A stretch of DNA of 64,000 bases from Gammaproteobacteria bacterium. GTDB taxonomy: Bacteria; Pseudomonadota; Gammaproteobacteria; JAURND01. The position numbers and the translations under genes are program-made. Under the pieces are notes generated by a model. The model searched no databases and was not told where the DNA came from. It was given only the letters and a program-made list of their open reading frames with translations. The stretch is from contig DASZWJ010000019.1 in assembly GCA_035546635.1 (NCBI GenBank), forward strand, positions 229,386 to 293,385. The letters are read 5' to 3'. Below are positions 31,249-41,629 of the stretch, piece after piece. Within the stretch, counting starts at the first letter, position 1; every line of letters begins with the position of its first letter.

Positions 31249-31599
31249 ATGGAGAATTCTTTTATGTTTTTAACTCGTTTATTTACTGTTATTTTCAGTA
31301 TTTTAGCCTTGGCAATTTCACTGCAAGCCTATGCTGCTAAGTCAGATACGTCTGACTCACCAACTAGTATAACGACAGCTGTTTCCACCAGCGACAAAGT
31401 AAATATCAATACTGCCAGTGCTGAAGAACTTAAAACGCTCAAAGGCATTGGTGATACTAAAGCGCAAGCTATCATGGACTATCGCACACAACACGGTTTA
31501 TTTAAGTCAGCTGAAGAGTTAGGTAATGTTAAGGGATTTAGCAATAAGGTACTGGAAAAGCTGCTTAAAAACAATGCAGGTCGCATAGTGATAGAGTAA
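31249..31599 (+). CDS. comEA: ComEA-like helix-hairpin-helix DNA-binding protein
   Basis: Signal peptide followed by the C-terminal tandem HhH region ([55 protein letters not shown]). Confidence 0.8.
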   Translation: MENSFMFLTRLFTVIFSILALAISLQAYAAKSDTSDSPTSITTAVSTSDKVNINTASAEELKTLKGIGDTKAQAIMDYRTQHGLFKSAEELGNVKGFSNKVLEKLLKNNAGRIVIE

Positions 31600-31600
31600 A

Positions 31601-31800
31601 TTGCATCTAGCTGTCATCCTGAGAATTGGCTGTCATCCAAGATGGATGGCTTTAAGGTAAGGCGAAAGTAGTGGGGCAGGGGCTTATCAGACCGTCGGGT
31701 TCATGGATGAATCCGTCGAGCGTACACGGACGTATTCACAGCGTGTCTGATAAGCCCCTGCCCACTACTTTCGCCGAGGCGTGGCAATGACCTTCATTCG
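31601..31800. repeat. Composite intergenic repeat. A family-C end motif (CTGTCATCCTGAG…TGTCATCC) is followed by a 115-bp hairpin with perfect 30-bp arms at 31661-31775.
   Basis: GGCGAAAGTAGTGGGGCAGGGGCTTATCAGAC…(about 52-nt loop)…GTCTGATAAGCCCCTGCCCACTACTTTCGCC, read directly. Confidence 0.7.
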
Positions 31801-31836
31801 AATGTAGCAAGGTGCAGTGCGCCATTTTTAAAAAAA

Positions 31837-33399
31837 TCAACGATGACGCATCTTCCTCTGATTGAAATAGGCATATAATAAAAAAATCCCCATCAATACT
31901 AAAATAGGATAAATACCTATCTGCATCCAAGGCGTGCTTCCTGACATTGGTTGAACTTTACCTGTTAGTATAAACTCCCTAAACGGAGGGGCTGCTGCTA
32001 TGATCTTCCCTTTGGGAGTGACAATTGCTGTGATGCCATCATTCGTACTCATCAAGGCAAAACGACCCGTTTCCAAAGCTCGCATTTGTAAGATTTCCAG
32101 ATGCTGTGCTGGAGCTAGCGATTTGCCAAACCAACTGTCATCACTCAGAGTAATCAATAACTGTCCCTTAGGTAACTGATTTAACACAAGAGTTGGGTAG
32201 GCTATTTCATAACAAATAAAAGTTGCTATAGGAATACCATTGGCAGTTAGCAGTGCTTGATGCTTTGGACCACTATCAAAATCAGACATGGGAATTATCA
32301 CATAATTTTTTAACCACCTCAGGATTGAGCGAAATGGCATATACTCTCCAAATGGCACCAAATGACGCTTAAGATAAACTCCAGATCCCTGTCCTAGCGC
32401 AAGCATTCCATTGTAATACCGATCATCTAGCGCAATAGGTATTCCAGAAATCAGAGTACTCTGTTGAGATTTAGCCAATTGATCCATCTCTGCTAAAAAA
32501 TCAGATACCTGTGTTTGGTAAAAAGTAATAGCCGCTTCTGGCCAAATAACAATTCGCTGCTCCAGATTAGAGAGAGTCAGTTTTTTGTATAAAAGTAAGG
32601 ATTGTATGGCTTGTTCAGGTCGCCATTTAAGCTGCTGAGCGACATTTCCCTGTACCAAAGTCACTTTAACTGGATTACCACTAGGATGTGTCCAGCGAAT
32701 AGAATCTAATACTTCTCCACCTATCCATAATGCTAGCAGTAAAACGATAACTGATAACGCTAGACGGAAGTGTTTCCTGGCCATGATGGCCACTACAATA
32801 ACCCCACTGCTGACTGCAACTGCAAAGGATACACCAAATACTCCAACCAAAGGCGCAAAGCCGCTTAAAGGAGAAGCTATCTGCGAGTATCCCAAAAATA
32901 ACCATGGAAAACCGCTAAAGAACCAAGTGCGCACCCATTCTAGTAATACCCACAAGGCTGGGAAAGCTAATAAATATTTGCTGACAGTATTGGCTGGGAA
33001 AAACCGCGTTAAAACATAACCTAACACAGCAGGAAATAGCGCCAACACCATGATTAATAAGGCTGTAATAATTGCGGCAAGCACCGCATTTGCCTGCCCA
33101 TATTCACTCAAACTGATATAAATCCAAGAGATACCAATACCGAAAAAACCTAATCCAAATAACCAACCACGCCAAAAGCCATATTGCGGTGAAGCATCAG
33201 ATAATAAAATAAGCCAGAATGCTGGAGCCAAAACTGATAACAAATAAATGTGGAACGGTGCAAATGCCAGAGGCAGCAATAAGCCTGCAATCAACGCACC
33301 CAGATTACTCGGCCATGCAGGTCGTAGATTGACTCTACGGTTAAATGGGTTTTGAGGGTATTGTGCGGTTACATAATTAAAAGGACTGTATTTATTCAC
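31837..33399 (-). CDS. lnt: Apolipoprotein N-acyltransferase Lnt
   Basis: N-terminal multi-TM domain plus a C-terminal nitrilase-like CN hydrolase domain (…WPE…; catalytic Cys in the ATFICYE context), about 520 aa. It lies immediately downstream of corC, the order seen in the E. coli ybeX-lnt pair. Confidence 0.9.
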   Translation of the reverse strand: MNKYSPFNYVTAQYPQNPFNRRVNLRPAWPSNLGALIAGLLLPLAFAPFHIYLLSVLAPAFWLILLSDASPQYGFWRGWLFGLGFFGIGISWIYISLSEYGQANAVLAAIITALLIMVLALFPAVLGYVLTRFFPANTVSKYLLAFPALWVLLEWVRTWFFSGFPWLFLGYSQIASPLSGFAPLVGVFGVSFAVAVSSGVIVVAIMARKHFRLALSVIVLLLALWIGGEVLDSIRWTHPSGNPVKVTLVQGNVAQQLKWRPEQAIQSLLLYKKLTLSNLEQRIVIWPEAAITFYQTQVSDFLAEMDQLAKSQQSTLISGIPIALDDRYYNGMLALGQGSGVYLKRHLVPFGEYMPFRSILRWLKNYVIIPMSDFDSGPKHQALLTANGIPIATFICYEIAYPTLVLNQLPKGQLLITLSDDSWFGKSLAPAQHLEILQMRALETGRFALMSTNDGITAIVTPKGKIIAAAPPFREFILTGKVQPMSGSTPWMQIGIYPILVLMGIFLLYAYFNQRKMRHR

Positions 33400-33411
33400 A
33401 ATATAAGATCA

Positions 33412-34278
33412 CTATCGGTCATTTTTGTAACTGTTACTCTCTTCTGGTAATTGAGAGGAAGGCAGAGTTACTTGCAGTAATTTAATTCTACGTTTATCTG
33501 CATATAATACTTTAAACTCTAGATCGTCAATGCTAACTGTTTCAGAGCGCTTAGGCATATATCCAAAACTTTGAGCGACTAGACCACCTACGGTATCAAA
33601 TTCATCATCACTTAACGTTGTGTGAAAAAAATCATTAAATTCCTCGATGCGTGTCAAGGCTTTTACAGAATACTGTGAGCCACTGATTTGTTGAATATTG
33701 GTCTGATCTTCATCTACATCATACTCATCCTCAATTTCACCCACGATCTCTTCTAATACATCTTCAATAGTCAACATACCTGAAACACTACCGTATTCAT
33801 CGACAACAATCGCCATATGGTTACGGTTTTGGCGAAATTCTTCTAATAATATATTAAGCCTTTTACTTTCAGGGATGAAGGTGGCCGGTCGTAATATGTT
33901 GCTCATTTTAAATTCGGTTTCTTTATTAAAAGTAAATGGCAATAAATCTTTAGCCAGCAAAATACCCACTACTTCATCACGATTTTCTTTAATCACTGGG
34001 AAGCGTGAATGTGCGGACGAAATCACGGTAGGTAAAATCTCTTCCAGAGTTGAATCCAGTTCAATGACTACCATCTGTGATCGCGGAATCATCACATCCC
34101 GCACCTGCATCCCATGAACCTGAACGACTCCTTCAATCATGCGTATCGCTTCAGAATCTATTAAATGCTCATTAGCAGCATCCCGCAACCATTCCAGCAA
34201 TTCTTCAGGAGTTTTAGGACGCGAAAGCGCATGGCCTATTCGTTCTAGCCAAGATTTACTCGACGATTCACCACTCAT
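33412..34278 (-). CDS. corC: Magnesium/cobalt efflux protein CorC (YbeX): CBS-pair plus CorC_HlyC domain
   Basis: Tandem CBS domains and the transporter-associated C-terminal domain, about 288 aa. Confidence 0.88.
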   Translation of the reverse strand: MSGESSSKSWLERIGHALSRPKTPEELLEWLRDAANEHLIDSEAIRMIEGVVQVHGMQVRDVMIPRSQMVVIELDSTLEEILPTVISSAHSRFPVIKENRDEVVGILLAKDLLPFTFNKETEFKMSNILRPATFIPESKRLNILLEEFRQNRNHMAIVVDEYGSVSGMLTIEDVLEEIVGEIEDEYDVDEDQTNIQQISGSQYSVKALTRIEEFNDFFHTTLSDDEFDTVGGLVAQSFGYMPKRSETVSIDDLEFKVLYADKRRIKLLQVTLPSSQLPEESNSYKNDR

Positions 34279-34318
34279 AAAATTTATGTTCTCCTGGGCG
34301 CTTAGTTTAGTTCAGTTG

Positions 34319-34834
34319 TCATGCTTCTCTATGCTTAGGTGTCAGGTTATACTCCATTTTTAGTGCATCCGCACCATCAGCATAAAACCCAACACACCTA
34401 ACAATAGGTTTAAAACCAAGTTTGCTATAAAAATTTAAAGCAGCATAGTTATCTACTCGTACTTCCAAACGTATTTTCTGTAACTTCTGGTTTTGAATTT
34501 CTAAAATGGCTATTTCCATTAAATGCTTCCCTAAACCCATACCATGATAATCAGGATGTAATGCTAAGGAATGCAGGTGAGCGGCAGTTGAGTTTTTACG
34601 AAGCAGGAATAGGGCATAACCAATGATTAATTCTTGAATCTTTATAGTTAAAAACAATACATGCCCATGATGGATAAAATGACTAAACTGGCGTCTTGAC
34701 AACGGATAATCACTGGCCTGAAAGGATAATTGCTCCAGTGCGACTAGCGCATTTAGATCTGTGGGTACAGCTTTAACTATTTTTACTTTCTCGGCGTTAG
34801 TAGCCAATGGAGAAATTTTAGATTTTTCAGCCAT
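34319..34834 (-). CDS. GNAT family N-acetyltransferase (RimI-like)
   Basis: GNAT acetyl-CoA motif LHSLALHPDYHGMGLGKHLM. Confidence 0.72.
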   Translation of the reverse strand: MAEKSKISPLATNAEKVKIVKAVPTDLNALVALEQLSFQASDYPLSRRQFSHFIHHGHVLFLTIKIQELIIGYALFLLRKNSTAAHLHSLALHPDYHGMGLGKHLMEIAILEIQNQKLQKIRLEVRVDNYAALNFYSKLGFKPIVRCVGFYADGADALKMEYNLTPKHREA

Positions 34835-34903
34835 AAATTAAGAACTTAAAAATCTTACTTCACAGTTAAGCTAGGGGCTGTCGTCAATTAACCCTCCCCC
34901 CCT

Positions 34904-35009
34904 GCGTCGTCCCGCACTTGTCAGCGGGATCCAGGGAGTCTGGCAGATTTTTTTGGCTTCTTAGCAAGTTTTATCCTCTTCTAGATCTCGCGGAAGCCGC
35001 GGGACGACA
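34904..35009. repeat. Palindromic intergenic element related to family D: GCGTCGTCCCGC … GCGGGACGAC arms with an internal GCGGGATCCAG motif
   Basis: 10-12-bp inverted repeat at 34904-34915 and 35000-35009, with internal sub-hairpins. The GGGATCCAG core is shared with 37483-37562 and 63455-63538. Confidence 0.55.
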
Positions 35010-35103
35010 TAGTAGGGCGCGTGTGACGACAGACCCCAGATTTTATTTTCCTTTTCCCATAAGAGGAAAAGAAAAAGTGCAATTCAAAAAACCTGACCAT
35101 TAT

Positions 35104-35412
35104 TCAAGTCTTGTCTGTGGGCTCCAGAGATGAAGTTTCCGCTACAACAGCTTGATTTTTCTCCAATTGTTTTATGTGGTTTTTAAGCGAGCGGTTGCGA
35201 TTTTTTAATTTAAACCAAGGATAAATGGTTGTCAAAAAACCAAGTATAATTCCTATACCCAGGCAATAAACCATTAACAAAGACAATGCAATCTTAGTAT
35301 TTCCAAGATAATAATCTAAAGTGACAGGCGTATCATTACGAACTGCGAAAGTAATGCCTAGCAGTATAATCAGTAGTATTAGTACATAAGAGATGATACG
35401 CATGACTTTCAT
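35104..35412 (-). CDS. lapA: LapA-like (YciS/DUF1049) lipopolysaccharide assembly inner-membrane protein
   Basis: Two TM helices and a Lys/Arg-rich tail (MKVMRIISYVLILLIILLGITFAVRNDTPVTLDYYLGNTKIALSLLMVYCLGIGIILGF…), about 100 aa, adjacent to rpsA as in many gammaproteobacteria. Confidence 0.55.
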   Translation of the reverse strand: MKVMRIISYVLILLIILLGITFAVRNDTPVTLDYYLGNTKIALSLLMVYCLGIGIILGFLTTIYPWFKLKNRNRSLKNHIKQLEKNQAVVAETSSLEPTDKT

Positions 35413-35433
35413 AGAACCTCCTTTTCGCCTTCT

Positions 35434-35585
35434 CCCAAGGGTCGTTGTTGAATAAATCGAATAAATTGAGTGTCAATCTATGTTGGGTGCCATCCGGCTG
35501 AGATTCCGCGACTTGATCGCGGGATCTCAGCCGGATGGCACTAAGCAGAGTAAACCCTTCTTATTTATTCAACAATCCCCAAGGG
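35434..35585. mobile_element. MITE-like element: 14-bp terminal inverted repeats (GTTGTTGAATAAAT / ATTTATTCAACAAT) flanked by an 8-bp direct repeat CCCAAGGG, enclosing a perfect 24-bp-arm hairpin
   Basis: TIRs at 35444-35457 and 35563-35576. Direct repeats CCCAAGGG at 35434-35441 and 35578-35585. Inner palindrome GTGCCATCCGGCTGAGATTCCGCG-ACTTGAT-CGCGGGATCTCAGCCGGATGGCAC at 35488-35541. Confidence 0.5.
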
Positions 35586-35619
35586 AAAAAGGAAATGTGA
35601 CCAGTTAAAATAGGCTCCT

Positions 35620-37296
35620 TTACTCTTTGTTATTTTTATCACCTTTAACCTGCTCTCTGAACAAATCTCCTAAAGTAGTGCCAACTATCGGTTCTTTTTT
35701 GGAAGAAGCTTTAGGTTCTTTAGTTTCTTCATCCAAAGCTTTTAAAGACAGATTGAAAATGTTCAGTTTACGATCCACACCGATTAATTTTGCAGTAACT
35801 TCATCTCCGACCTTGAAAAATTCCTGAGCATCTTTCAATTGCTCATGGCTGATTTCAGATACACGCAGATGTCCTTGCAACCCATTGCCCAAATCAATCA
35901 CGGCACGTTTTGCATCTACAGAGGTTACTTGACCATTGACGATAGTACCTTTAGGGTGATCTTCCAAGAATTTTCCGATAGGATCACTTTCTAATTGTTT
36001 AACGCCAAGAGATATACGCTCACGTTCAGGATCAATGGCTAAAATAACTGCTTCCAGTTGATCGCCTTTCTTGTATTTACGGATAGCTGCTTCACCGGTA
36101 TCTTTCCAGGAAATATCTGATAAATGCACTAAGCCATCAATACCCCCTTCCAAACCAATGAAGATACCAAAATCAGTGATGGATTTAACGCTGCCGGAAA
36201 CTTTTTCTCCCTTATTATGATTGTTAGCGAACTCTGCCCAGGGGTTAGGTTGGCACTGTTTCATGCCTAAAGAAATTCGACGTCGCTCTTCATCAATCTC
36301 CAATACCATGACTTCAACTTCCTGACCCGGTTGTACAAGCTTGGCAGGATGGACATTTTTATTAGTCCAATCCATTTCAGACATATGCACCAGACCTTCG
36401 ATACCGTCTTCAATTTGCACAAAACAGCCGTAATCAGTGATGTTGGTGATATTTCCAAATAAATGGGTATTAACTGGATAACGGCGTGCAATATCTAACC
36501 ACGGATCTTCGCCTAATTGTTTCAAGCCCAATGAAACACGTTTTTTATCTCTGTCATATTTGAGCACTTTAACTTTAATTTCATCACCCACTTTCAAGAT
36601 TTCGCTAGGATGTTTTACGCGTCTCCAAGCCATATCCGTAATATGCAGCAACCCATCAATGCCGCCTAAATCAATGAAGGCGCCATAATCAGTAATATTT
36701 TTGACCACACCGGTGAATTCCTGACCCTCTTTCAGGCTTTCCAGTAAGGCTTGTCGCTCGCCGCCTGACTCTTCTTCAACCACAGCACGGCGGGAAACTA
36801 CAATATTATTACGCTTCTGATCCATCTTGATGACTTTAAATTCCAGCTCTTTACCTTCCAAAGCTGCTGCTTCACGTGTAGAACGCAGGTCTACTAAGGA
36901 GCCTGGTAAAAATGCACGCACTGAGTTCAAATCTACCGTAAATCCGCCTTTGACGCGTTCTGTCACTAAACCCATTACCGTCTGCCCTGAAGTGAAGGCT
37001 TTTTCAAGCTGTTCCCAAGCTTCAGTTCTGCGAGCTTTTTCGCGAGATACGCGGGTATTGCCAAAACCATCTTCCAGTGTTTCAACAATGACATTAATTT
37101 CATCCCCAAGCTGTACCGTTTCTCCACGAAATTCTTCTGCTGGAACAACGGCGTCTGATTTCAGGCCTGTGTTTACTGTAATATTTTCAGGGGTAATGCG
37201 AATGATCTTAGCCCGCACTGTGGCGCCGGGTCTAATATCGGCTTGTTTTAAGGTTTCTTGAAACAGGTCAGCGAAACTTTCGTTGGTATTACTCAT
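35620..37296 (-). CDS. rpsA: 30S ribosomal protein S1
   Basis: Six S1 domains and very high conservation ([17 protein letters not shown]…), 558 aa. Confidence 0.95.
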   Translation of the reverse strand: MSNTNESFADLFQETLKQADIRPGATVRAKIIRITPENITVNTGLKSDAVVPAEEFRGETVQLGDEINVIVETLEDGFGNTRVSREKARRTEAWEQLEKAFTSGQTVMGLVTERVKGGFTVDLNSVRAFLPGSLVDLRSTREAAALEGKELEFKVIKMDQKRNNIVVSRRAVVEEESGGERQALLESLKEGQEFTGVVKNITDYGAFIDLGGIDGLLHITDMAWRRVKHPSEILKVGDEIKVKVLKYDRDKKRVSLGLKQLGEDPWLDIARRYPVNTHLFGNITNITDYGCFVQIEDGIEGLVHMSEMDWTNKNVHPAKLVQPGQEVEVMVLEIDEERRRISLGMKQCQPNPWAEFANNHNKGEKVSGSVKSITDFGIFIGLEGGIDGLVHLSDISWKDTGEAAIRKYKKGDQLEAVILAIDPERERISLGVKQLESDPIGKFLEDHPKGTIVNGQVTSVDAKRAVIDLGNGLQGHLRVSEISHEQLKDAQEFFKVGDEVTAKLIGVDRKLNIFNLSLKALDEETKEPKASSKKEPIVGTTLGDLFREQVKGDKNNKE

Positions 37297-37482
37297 TATT
37301 TAAATTCCAGATTCAAATTATCAGCCTCAAGCAATCAGAGGTGAGTTGTAACTGTCATAAATGACAGGGTTAATAATTGCCTTCAGACGATACTTATTCT
37401 AAAGACCCGCATTTTTTAAAACTGAGATAACTGAAAATTATTTAGTCGTTGGCGCGAAATTCAAAAAATGCGCATCGTTCCA

Positions 37483-37562
37483 GCAGGAAGGCCGGATCCA
37501 GTCGCAGGAAAGCGAAACTTTAACTTCCCTGTCAACTGGATCCCGACTCCCTGCCGGGACGG
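37483..37562. repeat. REP-like palindromic element, family D (…GGAAGGCCGGATCCAGTCGCAGGAAAGCGAAAC…CTGGATCCCGACTCCCTGCCGGGAC)
   Basis: Inverted repeat with a GGATCCAG core. It overlaps the 3' end of cmk and so encodes the cmk C-terminal tail. A paralogous copy lies at 63455-63538. Confidence 0.65.
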
Positions 37563-38254
37563 CGCTTAATTGACGACCAAACTTGCAGTATACGCTCAAA
37601 AACTTGTTCAACCGTCAATTCAGTGGTATCAATTAAAATGGCATCCAGTGCCGGTATTAGAGGAGCTACGCCGCGCTGTTTATCACGTGTATCACGCTGT
37701 ACTAAATCCTGCAAAATGGCGTCAAGGCTAACATGTACTTCCTGGCTTTTCAACTGTGCAAAGCGTCTTTTTGCGCGTTCTTCTAAACTGGCTTGCAGAA
37801 AAATTTTCAGCTGTGCATCAGGGAATACCACAGTCCCCATGTCACGTCCATCCGTCACTAACCCAGGCCACCTGCGAAACATGCGTTGCCTGTCCAGTAG
37901 CGCAGTGCGCACAGCCGACAAGGCAGCAATCCGAGAAGCGGCATTGCCACAACTTTCACTGCGTATAGCAAAAGTGACATCTTGCCCTGACAAAAGGATT
38001 TTTATGGCGCCATTGGTTTCAATAAATTCAATGCTTAGATGATGCGCCAAATCCTGCAATTGCTGCTCACTACTTAAATCAATCCTACGTTCTAGTGCTG
38101 CATAAGCTAACAAACGATAAAGCGCGCCACTATCTAAGTAATGCCACCCCAACTTTTTAGCAATTAATTCGCCCACGGTTCCCTTGCCAGTACCACCTGG
38201 GCCATCAATAGCGATAACGGGTGGCAATTCACTCACTATATTACTTTTTTTCAT
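37532..38254 (-). CDS. cmk: Cytidylate kinase
   Basis: P-loop IAIDGPGGTGKGT and the Cmk fold, in the cmk-rpsA gene order. The start is set at MKKSNIVSELPPVIAIDG (38254). Confidence 0.88.
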   Translation of the reverse strand: MKKSNIVSELPPVIAIDGPGGTGKGTVGELIAKKLGWHYLDSGALYRLLAYAALERRIDLSSEQQLQDLAHHLSIEFIETNGAIKILLSGQDVTFAIRSESCGNAASRIAALSAVRTALLDRQRMFRRWPGLVTDGRDMGTVVFPDAQLKIFLQASLEERAKRRFAQLKSQEVHVSLDAILQDLVQRDTRDKQRGVAPLIPALDAILIDTTELTVEQVFERILQVWSSIKRRPGRESGSS

Positions 38255-38285
38255 TAAACTGGTGCTCACTATCTCAGTATTTATA

Positions 38286-38768
38286 TTATTTAAAGCATTC
38301 ACCAAGCGCGCATATCACTGCCTGCCTACGGATCATTTCCCGATCACCTTCAAAATGGTAGCAGACCAGTTGTGTTAATTTACCAATAGCGGCTGCAGCA
38401 ATCCATACCGTACCTACTGGTTTTTCAATGCTACCTCCTTCTGGTCCTGCGATTCCGGTAATGGCGATAGTGCAGTGTGCCCGACTATGCGTTAAGGCAC
38501 CTTCAGCCATTTCCTGCACCGTCTGTGCACTCACTGCACCAAATTGGGTTAAAGTGCTGTGTTTTACTCCCAGCATATCCTGTTTGGCCTGATTGCTGTA
38601 AGTGATAAAACCCCGATCGAACCAGGTCGAACTGCCTGCAATAGAAGTAATCGTTTCTGACAGCCATCCCCCAGTGCAAGATTCAGCCACTGCTAAAAGA
38701 TGACCCCGTTGCTTAAGCAATTCTCCAAGCCGAGTAGCTAAAGTTTGTAATTCGATATCAATAGTCAT
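38286..38768 (-). CDS. pncC: CinA C-terminal domain protein / nicotinamide-nucleotide amidohydrolase PncC (YgaD-like)
   Basis: The VAESCTGGWLSETITSIAGSS motif is characteristic of the CinA C-terminal domain. 160 aa. Confidence 0.8.
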   Translation of the reverse strand: MTIDIELQTLATRLGELLKQRGHLLAVAESCTGGWLSETITSIAGSSTWFDRGFITYSNQAKQDMLGVKHSTLTQFGAVSAQTVQEMAEGALTHSRAHCTIAITGIAGPEGGSIEKPVGTVWIAAAAIGKLTQLVCYHFEGDREMIRRQAVICALGECFK

Positions 38769-39000
38769 GAGTTAATTTAAGAATGAGTGCTCTGTTTCCA
38801 TTGACTTTTAATCTCGTCAACAGGAAAACCCAGGAAGTTGTTGATCTGAAAGAAGTAGGCAGTATAAAGCGCATATATACACTGTGCAATAAAATATATG
38901 ATGGCTAACTATCATCCTTTGCCCAATGACAGATAGTTCCAGGATGAGCGCTGTACTATTACTCTGGAGTCCTGTCTTATCCTCAGCTATCATACCGTCC

Positions 39001-41595
39001 ATGAAAATGGATATAACAAAAACCACTGAAGAATTATCCGCGCATACGCCAGCGATGCAGCAATATCTGCGTATTAAAGCCCAGCATCCTGATATGTTGC
39101 TGTTTTACCGCATGGGCGACTTCTACGAATTATTTTTTTCCGATGCAGAAAAAGCTGCACGACTGCTCAATATCACCCTCACCGCACGTGGCCAATCCGC
39201 AGGTCGAGCCATACCTATGGCGGGCGTGCCTTACCATGCCTTAGAAAATTATCTTGCCAAACTAGTACAGCTAGGAGAATCAGCAGTATTGTGTGAACAA
39301 GTGGGAGATCCAGCAACCAGCAAAGGCCCAGTTGAACGCCAAGTCACACGCATCATCACCCCTGGTACTGTCAGCGACGATGCGCTATTAGATGAGTCTA
39401 ACGATAATCTATTGGTAGCCATCCACACCGTAGGCAATCAATTTGGCATCGCCAGCCTCGATATCACCAGCGGTCGCTTTCAGATTCTAGAAGTGCAGGG
39501 TATAGAAGCACTGCAAGCAGAACTTGCTCGCTTAAAACCAGCAGAAACGCTTTTGAGTGAAGACTTTGCTCATGTGCAGCATTTAACGTCATTCGCAATG
39601 CGCCGTCGTCCGCCTTGGGAATTTGAAATAGACAGCGCCCTGCATGTGTTAAATCAACAATTTAAAACCCAAAATTTGCAAGGTTTTGGTTGCGATCATC
39701 TGAGTATCGCCATCTGCGCTGCCGGGGCGCTACTACACTATGTTAAATATACACAACGCTCAGCGCTACCCCATATCCGTGCCCTGATAGCTGAACCGCA
39801 CGATGCCAGCGTCATACTGGATTCTGCGACCTTGCGCAATCTGGAACTGATAACTAACTTAAATGGTGGTAAACAACACACACTAGCGGAAATCCTCGAT
39901 CAGACGGCAACACCGATGGGCAGTCGAGCATTGCGCCGCTGGCTGACCCGCCCCACTCGCGATATATCCCTATTAATCACCCGCCAACAAAATATCGCCA
40001 CATTACAAGCCACAGCGCTTAACCAACCTTTACATAGCCTATTGCGGGGCATTGGTGACATGGAACGTATTCTTGCGCGTATCGCATTAAAATCAGCGCG
40101 CCCACGTGATTTAGCACAACTACGCCAAGCATTAACTCTTCTTCCCCAAATTCAAACTTTACTCATGAAGCACTTAACGCCCAGTTTGCAACAGCTAAGT
40201 ATTGATCTTAAAGATTTCAACCACTTAACACAGCTATTGCAACAGGCTATTGTGGAAAATCCTCCCGCATTGCTGCGGGAAGGTGGTGTGATAGCCACTG
40301 GATATGATAAGGAGCTGGATGAATGGCGCCAATTAAGCGAGCACGCAGATCAGTTCCTGATCGACTTAGAGCAACGCGAAAAAGCCCGCACCGGTATAGC
40401 TACATTAAAAGTGGGCTATAACCGCATCCATGGCTATTACATTGAGATTAGCCGTGGTCAATCGGCAGCAGCACCGGTTGATTACATCCGCCGTCAGACT
40501 TTAAAAAATGCTGAGCGCTATATCACCCCTGAACTCAAGCAATTTGAAGATAAAGTATTAAGTAGCAAAAGTCGTGCCTTATCACGCGAAAAATTACTGT
40601 ATGAAGAATTACTCGATCGTCTGATACAAGACATCGCGTCACTGCAAACGACAGCCAGCGCTTTAGCAGAATTAGATGTACTCAATAATCTCGCAGAACG
40701 CGCTACGACTTTGAACTTGGTCGCACCTGAATTTCAGCAGCAACCTGGCATTTTTATCGAAGCCGGCCGGCATCTGGTTATTGAACAAGTCAGTCAAGCC
40801 CCTTTTGTGCCTAACGATATTCAATGCCATGCTGAGCGACGCATGTTGCTTATCACAGGTCCAAATATGGGCGGAAAATCAACCTATATGCGTCAGACGG
40901 CTTTAATCGCGCTATTGGCTTATACCGGCAGCTTTGTTCCTGCTTCACGCGCTATACTGGGCCCTATAGATAGAATCTTTACCCGCATCGGCGCCAGCGA
41001 TGATTTAGCCAGCGGTCGTTCTACTTTTATGGTAGAAATGACAGAAACGGCGACTATTTTACATAACGCGACAGAAAACTCTCTGGTACTTATGGATGAG
41101 ATCGGCAGAGGCACTAGCACCTTTGATGGTTTATCCTTGGCCTGGGCATGTGCCGCACACCTGGCTCGTGAAATCCGTGCTTTAACATTATTTTCAACAC
41201 ATTATTTTGAGTTAACGCATTTACCGGAGTACATTCCCTGTGTAGCTAATGTCCATCTGCACGCAGTGGAACATAATGATAAAATTGTATTTTTACATAC
41301 GGTCAATGAAGGACCGGCAAGCCAAAGCTATGGTTTACAGGTGGCGCAATTGGCGGGAGTGCCACACGCAGTTATCCAGCAAGCGCGCGATAAATTGCAA
41401 GAATTGGAGCGGCAAAATTTTCAGGCAATGCCCCAGCAACATCTGTCACAACCGGTACAAAAAGATTTTTTACTGGAGACTTTTTTGCATCCAGCACTGG
41501 AAAAACTGAAAAGTATAGCACCGGATTCACTGACACCAATGGCTGCCTTAGAAGAGATTTATAAGTTAAAAAAAATGCTGGAGCTCACATTGTGA
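39001..41595 (+). CDS. mutS: DNA mismatch repair protein MutS
   Basis: Mismatch-binding N-terminus ([31 protein letters not shown]) and an ATPase with Walker [10 protein letters not shown]. The start is set at MKMDITK (39001); the track start at 38926 is an upstream extension. Confidence 0.95.
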   Translation: MKMDITKTTEELSAHTPAMQQYLRIKAQHPDMLLFYRMGDFYELFFSDAEKAARLLNITLTARGQSAGRAIPMAGVPYHALENYLAKLVQLGESAVLCEQVGDPATSKGPVERQVTRIITPGTVSDDALLDESNDNLLVAIHTVGNQFGIASLDITSGRFQILEVQGIEALQAELARLKPAETLLSEDFAHVQHLTSFAMRRRPPWEFEIDSALHVLNQQFKTQNLQGFGCDHLSIAICAAGALLHYVKYTQRSALPHIRALIAEPHDASVILDSATLRNLELITNLNGGKQHTLAEILDQTATPMGSRALRRWLTRPTRDISLLITRQQNIATLQATALNQPLHSLLRGIGDMERILARIALKSARPRDLAQLRQALTLLPQIQTLLMKHLTPSLQQLSIDLKDFNHLTQLLQQAIVENPPALLREGGVIATGYDKELDEWRQLSEHADQFLIDLEQREKARTGIATLKVGYNRIHGYYIEISRGQSAAAPVDYIRRQTLKNAERYITPELKQFEDKVLSSKSRALSREKLLYEELLDRLIQDIASLQTTASALAELDVLNNLAERATTLNLVAPEFQQQPGIFIEAGRHLVIEQVSQAPFVPNDIQCHAERRMLLITGPNMGGKSTYMRQTALIALLAYTGSFVPASRAILGPIDRIFTRIGASDDLASGRSTFMVEMTETATILHNATENSLVLMDEIGRGTSTFDGLSLAWACAAHLAREIRALTLFSTHYFELTHLPEYIPCVANVHLHAVEHNDKIVFLHTVNEGPASQSYGLQVAQLAGVPHAVIQQARDKLQELERQNFQAMPQQHLSQPVQKDFLLETFLHPALEKLKSIAPDSLTPMAALEEIYKLKKMLELTL

Positions 41596-41629
41596 CAATC
41601 CTAATCAATTTACCCAACCCAGGTTAAAC

